A stretch of 64,000 bases of DNA from an uncultured Methanosarcinales archaeon (lineage in GTDB: Archaea > Nanobdellota > Nanobdellia > Woesearchaeales > ARS49), in assembly GCA_964497645.1 (NCBI GenBank), contig CAZCCU010000001.1, positions 32,398 through 96,397 on the forward strand. The letters run 5' to 3'. Made by a program: the position numbers and the translations under genes. The notes beneath the pieces were generated by a model. It did not search any database. It saw only the letters and a list, made by a program, of their open reading frames with translations, and was not told the origin of the DNA. Each line of letters opens with the position of its first letter. The stretch's first letter is position 1. Shown here piece by piece: positions 60,778 to 64,000 of the stretch.

Positions 60778-61969
60778 TTTTATAAAACTCCCCTATCTTT
60801 TTACAAACAAACTCTGCTTGTTCAACAGTCATCTTTGCATGAATTGGTAGTGATAACTCCTTTTTCCATAATTGATCAGTATTTTTAAGTATGATTCCTT
60901 TAGCATATTTAGCGAATTTTGTCTGCAAATGTAATGGGTAAAATGTCCACTGGGTTTCAATTCCATTCTCACTTAACCATTTAGCCAACCTGTACCTGTT
61001 TTTAACCGCAATCGGGAAGTAAGTGAAACTATGCGCGTTATTTATCGGAAGAGTTATCTCCTTAATGTTGCTTAGTTTTTTCCTGTATATTTCAGCAATT
61101 CTTGCTTGTTTGGATAAAATCCTTTTTATGTTCCTTAATTGAAAAAGCGTAGTAGCAAGTTGTAATCTGTTAATTTTTCTAGGTACAATTGTAACTTCAC
61201 TTTTGTTTATATTTTCGTATAATTCGCATATATTCTCAAGCCTTTTCTTGATTCCCAGCTTTATCAATAATGAATAGGCATTTATAAAGAATCTTTTGTA
61301 ATAGATATTTGTCAAAAAGAAAAGTATGTTCTTGATTCTTCCTCTGAGAACACTCCGACAATCAAAACTTTTTTTAATGTTACAATTAACAAGCCCTCCT
61401 CCAAATGACACGATGGTCTTTCCCATGTTGAAGCTTACAAGTGAATAGTCACCAAACGTTCCAACAAACCTTTCTTTATATTTAATGCCGATGGGTACGG
61501 CCGAATCTTCAATCAAAATTATTCCATTGCTCTTGCAAATACTTCTCAATTTTTGGATTTTACACATTTTTCCGTACTGGTGTACGGCAATCACTGCCTT
61601 AGTATTCTTTGTGATAGATTTACTTACACTTTTTGGACTAATGTTAAAATCGTCATCAATATCCACAAGTACGGGCGTTCCCTTAGCGGACAAAATCGTA
61701 TTACTCACGCTTTTACACACGAATGATGGAAGAATAATCTCATCTCCTTTAGTGATCCCAATCTCCTTTAAAATCAAAAACAACCCGCTTGTTCCGCTAT
61801 CAACCAAACAAGTATTGTTCAACCCTATTGAAGAAAGAAGCTCTTTCGTTTTGGCCTCCAAATTCTTCTCAAAAATAATTCCTATGATTTTTGGCAAGTT
61901 CCAATAAGGAATTGAAAAAGGCACTTTCACTCTTCTTGGCAATGGGGGAAACAAAAATTCTTCCATCAT
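60758..61969 (-). CDS. DegT/DnrJ/EryC1/StrS-family PLP-dependent sugar aminotransferase
   Basis: GDEIILPSFVC, TKAVIAVHQYG, ILIEDSAV, and the PLP-lysine context SFNMGKTI. Confidence 0.85.
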   Translation of the reverse strand: MMEEFLFPPLPRRVKVPFSIPYWNLPKIIGIIFEKNLEAKTKELLSSIGLNNTCLVDSGTSGLFLILKEIGITKGDEIILPSFVCKSVSNTILSAKGTPVLVDIDDDFNISPKSVSKSITKNTKAVIAVHQYGKMCKIQKLRSICKSNGIILIEDSAVPIGIKYKERFVGTFGDYSLVSFNMGKTIVSFGGGLVNCNIKKSFDCRSVLRGRIKNILFFLTNIYYKRFFINAYSLLIKLGIKKRLENICELYENINKSEVTIVPRKINRLQLATTLFQLRNIKRILSKQARIAEIYRKKLSNIKEITLPINNAHSFTYFPIAVKNRYRLAKWLSENGIETQWTFYPLHLQTKFAKYAKGIILKNTDQLWKKELSLPIHAKMTVEQAEFVCKKIGEFYKNGKVSG

Positions 61970-61970
61970 T

Positions 61971-63341
61971 TTAATTACTCGTTGCAGTAGTAATGCTGTT
62001 GGGTTTTTTATAGACTCCTTCTTTAATTTTTTCTAAGCCAGCATCTGCGCACCACCGTTCATATTCCACTTTTAAATAACTCCTTCCGTGCGCTTTCCAT
62101 TCTTCCATGTCATGAATTATTAAATACGGATATTGCAATAAGTATCTATTTAGTCTCGTTCTTAACCATGAACCCTCTAATATTGCTTCTCCGGTAAGCA
62201 AAAGCAATCCATTCTTTTTTAGAGCTCGTGACATTTCTTTAACGGCTTGTGAAGGATTGATTGCGTGGTGTAGACTCCCGTGACAATTGACAAAATCAAA
62301 TGACTCGTTTTCAAATTCCAGTTTTTGCATGTCCATTTTTATAGTTTCCTCGTGGAGAGGATTTATATCTATCATAACAACATTTGCGCCTCTTTTTTGA
62401 AATTCATTTCCACACCAACCAGTACCTGCTCCTATGTCTAATACTTTTTTATCTTTGAAGTATATTCCTTCGATGACGCTCATAAACTCTTTCCTATGCG
62501 TTTCTTCATTATACCCTTTCTGGCCGTAATGCTGTGTTCCTTTCCTCCAGCACCTTTTAAAAATGTACTCATAATAAAAATCACCTTCCCATTTTTCTTT
62601 GAATTTTCTAAGTTTTTCATCTTTGCTCCCTGCTGAGGGATGAGGGTTGCAGCCCGCAAAATCATAGTATTTAATTTGATGTTTTTTGCAGTACTCAAGA
62701 ATACTCCATTTAAGATAATCATTTGCATAATATACTTTATCATCCCTTGCTGCATTAACTTCTAACATATAATTCTCATTAGAAATCGTTCCTAACCCAG
62801 CTACAATTGAATCAGTTTCTCTTAATTTTGCAATAAAAATCTTATAAAATCTATTTTTGAACAATTTTTTATAATTTCTGTAACTTGCAGTCTTAAAACC
62901 TATTTTTTCCCGTGATTCTTTCAGCAAATTGTAATACTGTCGTAACTCTTTTTCGTTTGTGACTTCATTAAAGGTAAGTCTCTTATTTCCAATTCTGACA
63001 TTCTTGAGCGTGTTATTATCCAAGGTTACATCTTTTTGCAAATCTTTAATTAATGTGCCCCATATTCTTTCAAGCCTGAACCCATTTTTCTCCAAAGCTT
63101 CTCTCTCTTCAGCAAAAATCTTTTTTCTTATTAAATGCAATGCCGTATTTTTGTTCAATTGCTGCAGCAACTCAGAAGATATGTTGTCAATTATCGTAAA
63201 TTTCTCAAAATACTCTTTTATGAAATTAACCCTGTTAAGGAACCCCAATCCAGAAACGTGCAGTTCATACTCCTTCCACTTAGAAGGATTCAAAAAATGC
63301 CTATTCTCACGCCACTCAGACTCGCGAAAAACACTCTTCAT
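61971..63341 (-). CDS. Fusion protein: FemAB-like (GNAT-fold, aminoacyl-transferase-like) N-terminal domain plus class I SAM methyltransferase C-terminal domain
   Basis: ATG 63341 (MKSVFRESEW...) is preferred, because the listed start at 63509 overlaps the flippase gene. The N-terminal half resembles the FemAB / BioF2-like acetyltransferase pattern (...YMLEVNAARDDKVYYANDYLKWSILEYCKKHQIKYYDFAGC...). The C-terminal half carries VLDIGAGTGWCG and FVNCHGSLHH. Confidence 0.6.
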   Translation of the reverse strand: MKSVFRESEWRENRHFLNPSKWKEYELHVSGLGFLNRVNFIKEYFEKFTIIDNISSELLQQLNKNTALHLIRKKIFAEEREALEKNGFRLERIWGTLIKDLQKDVTLDNNTLKNVRIGNKRLTFNEVTNEKELRQYYNLLKESREKIGFKTASYRNYKKLFKNRFYKIFIAKLRETDSIVAGLGTISNENYMLEVNAARDDKVYYANDYLKWSILEYCKKHQIKYYDFAGCNPHPSAGSKDEKLRKFKEKWEGDFYYEYIFKRCWRKGTQHYGQKGYNEETHRKEFMSVIEGIYFKDKKVLDIGAGTGWCGNEFQKRGANVVMIDINPLHEETIKMDMQKLEFENESFDFVNCHGSLHHAINPSQAVKEMSRALKKNGLLLLTGEAILEGSWLRTRLNRYLLQYPYLIIHDMEEWKAHGRSYLKVEYERWCADAGLEKIKEGVYKKPNSITTATSN

Positions 63342-63360
63342 ATGTTTAAACAACCACTCC

Positions 63361-64000
63361 CTACTTTTTAAAAGTTGCTGGCAGAATCCGGTAAAACAAC
63401 TCCCTAAGCTCCTTAACATCAACAACGCGGAACAAGAACACCAAGACAACATAAAACACTCCTGCGGCAGCCAAAACAACTCCGGCCTCCAACCAAACAG
63501 GCAAGACAAGAACTTTCTTCAAAACAGACATAAAACCAATCATAAGAACACAACAAACAACATTCTTGCCCCAAGCCCAAACAGGCGGAACAATAGTAAC
63601 AAGCTTATGAAGCTTCCAAGCGCTCAAAACAAGCAAAAACAAGAAAGACAAAGACGTCGCCACAGCAGCGCCAAGCATGCCATACTTAGGAATCAAAGCT
63701 AAATTTAGCACAAAATTGGAAACAGCTGCAAGCGCAATAACAGAAGTGACAGAAAAAGGCCTTCCACTAGCGTTCAAATAACTCAAATTAATCTGGCCAA
63801 CAACATTCAACAAAGAACCCCAAACCAAAACCTGCAAAACAACAGAGGCAGAAACATAATCAGCACCAAAAACAGTCTGAATAATCAAATCCGGAAACGC
63901 GAACAACACTGCAACAACAGGCAATGCGACAATAATAGAATACTTGTACAGCAACCTGAAGGCTTCCTGCACGTGAGCGTGCATCCTGCGCACGCACAAC
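63361..64000 (-). CDS. Polysaccharide flippase (Wzx/MOP-family), C-terminal part; 5' end beyond the window
   Basis: All-TM sequence with LIPKYGMLGAAVATSLSF, typical of the polysaccharide biosynthesis C-terminal domain. The ORF is open to the window edge. Confidence 0.6.
   Translation of the reverse strand, partial: LCVRRMHAHVQEAFRLLYKYSIIVALPVVAVLFAFPDLIIQTVFGADYVSASVVLQVLVWGSLLNVVGQINLSYLNASGRPFSVTSVIALAAVSNFVLNLALIPKYGMLGAAVATSLSFLFLLVLSAWKLHKLVTIVPPVWAWGKNVVCCVLMIGFMSVLKKVLVLPVWLEAGVVLAAAGVFYVVLVFLFRVVDVKELRELFYRILPATFKK

Noticed and set aside
63342-63509. Listed start (63509) of the FemAB-like/methyltransferase ORF
   Set aside because: The first 56 codons overlap the 3' end of the flippase gene in another frame and encode Cys/Trp/Leu-rich nonsense. 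ATG 63341 lies just downstream of the flippase stop.
1-64000. CRISPR arrays, rRNA genes, transposases, integrases and prophage genes
   Set aside because: I looked for regularly spaced repeats, rRNA-like GC-rich non-coding blocks and DDE/tyrosine-recombinase-like ORFs on both strands and found none. Every long ORF is accounted for by the genes listed.

Overview
The window is a very gene-dense (about 75 CDS, 1 tRNA), streamlined segment that reads as an archaeal chromosome, plausibly from an uncultivated small-genome (DPANN-like) lineage. I cannot place it more precisely without a database search.

Evidence for archaeal origin:
- Archaeal/eukaryal-type genes: MBF1, the RFC large subunit, a Nip7-like PUA protein, translin, an alpha2-type GlyRS, HerA-Mre11, a FlaI/FlaJ-type type IV filament ATPase and platform, and a GTPase plus Zn-ribbon triad.
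- A tRNA-Phe with an archaeal-style T-loop.
- A recurring A/T-rich TATA-like box 21-27 nt upstream of first-gene start codons, which implies leaderless mRNAs.

Core content:
- cysS, an NSUN methyltransferase, a Nip7-like gene and valS.
- rfcL.
- livHMGF, plus four unlinked paralogous Liv-type binding lipoproteins.
- glyS, an OB-fold SSB-like protein and tRNA-Phe.
- A bacterial-type aspS with gatCAB.
- herA-mre11.
- A 12-kb surface-glycan cluster: wecB, wecC, two GT4 glycosyltransferases, three standalone methyltransferases plus a fourth methyltransferase domain in the fusion protein, a DegT aminotransferase, a FemAB-like/methyltransferase fusion and a Wzx flippase.

Most interesting non-core content:
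1. A compositionally distinct island (about 15.2-20.4 kb) with two divergent, translationally coupled operons. One encodes a 148-aa unknown, an unlisted 47-aa AbrB/MazE-like sORF and a GNAT-fold-like protein. The other encodes a divergent fold-type-II PLP enzyme, an unlisted 48-aa RHH sORF and a membrane-spanning atypical Hanks kinase.
2. A type IV filament-like locus with oversized ATPase and platform genes. It is followed by four tandem paralogous polytopic membrane proteins of a family I do not recognise, and it has no canonical pilin.
3. A signal-peptide-bearing, beta-strand-rich protein ending in Phe (outer-membrane-barrel-like) that heads the binding-protein operon.
4. A strongly SD-driven 77-aa basic protein made of two tandem 37-aa repeats.
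5. A cluster of four GC-rich hairpins in a divergent promoter region upstream of a DHH phosphoesterase gene.

No CRISPR array, rRNA, transposase or integrase was seen. All family calls rest on motif recognition by eye, and no searches were run.
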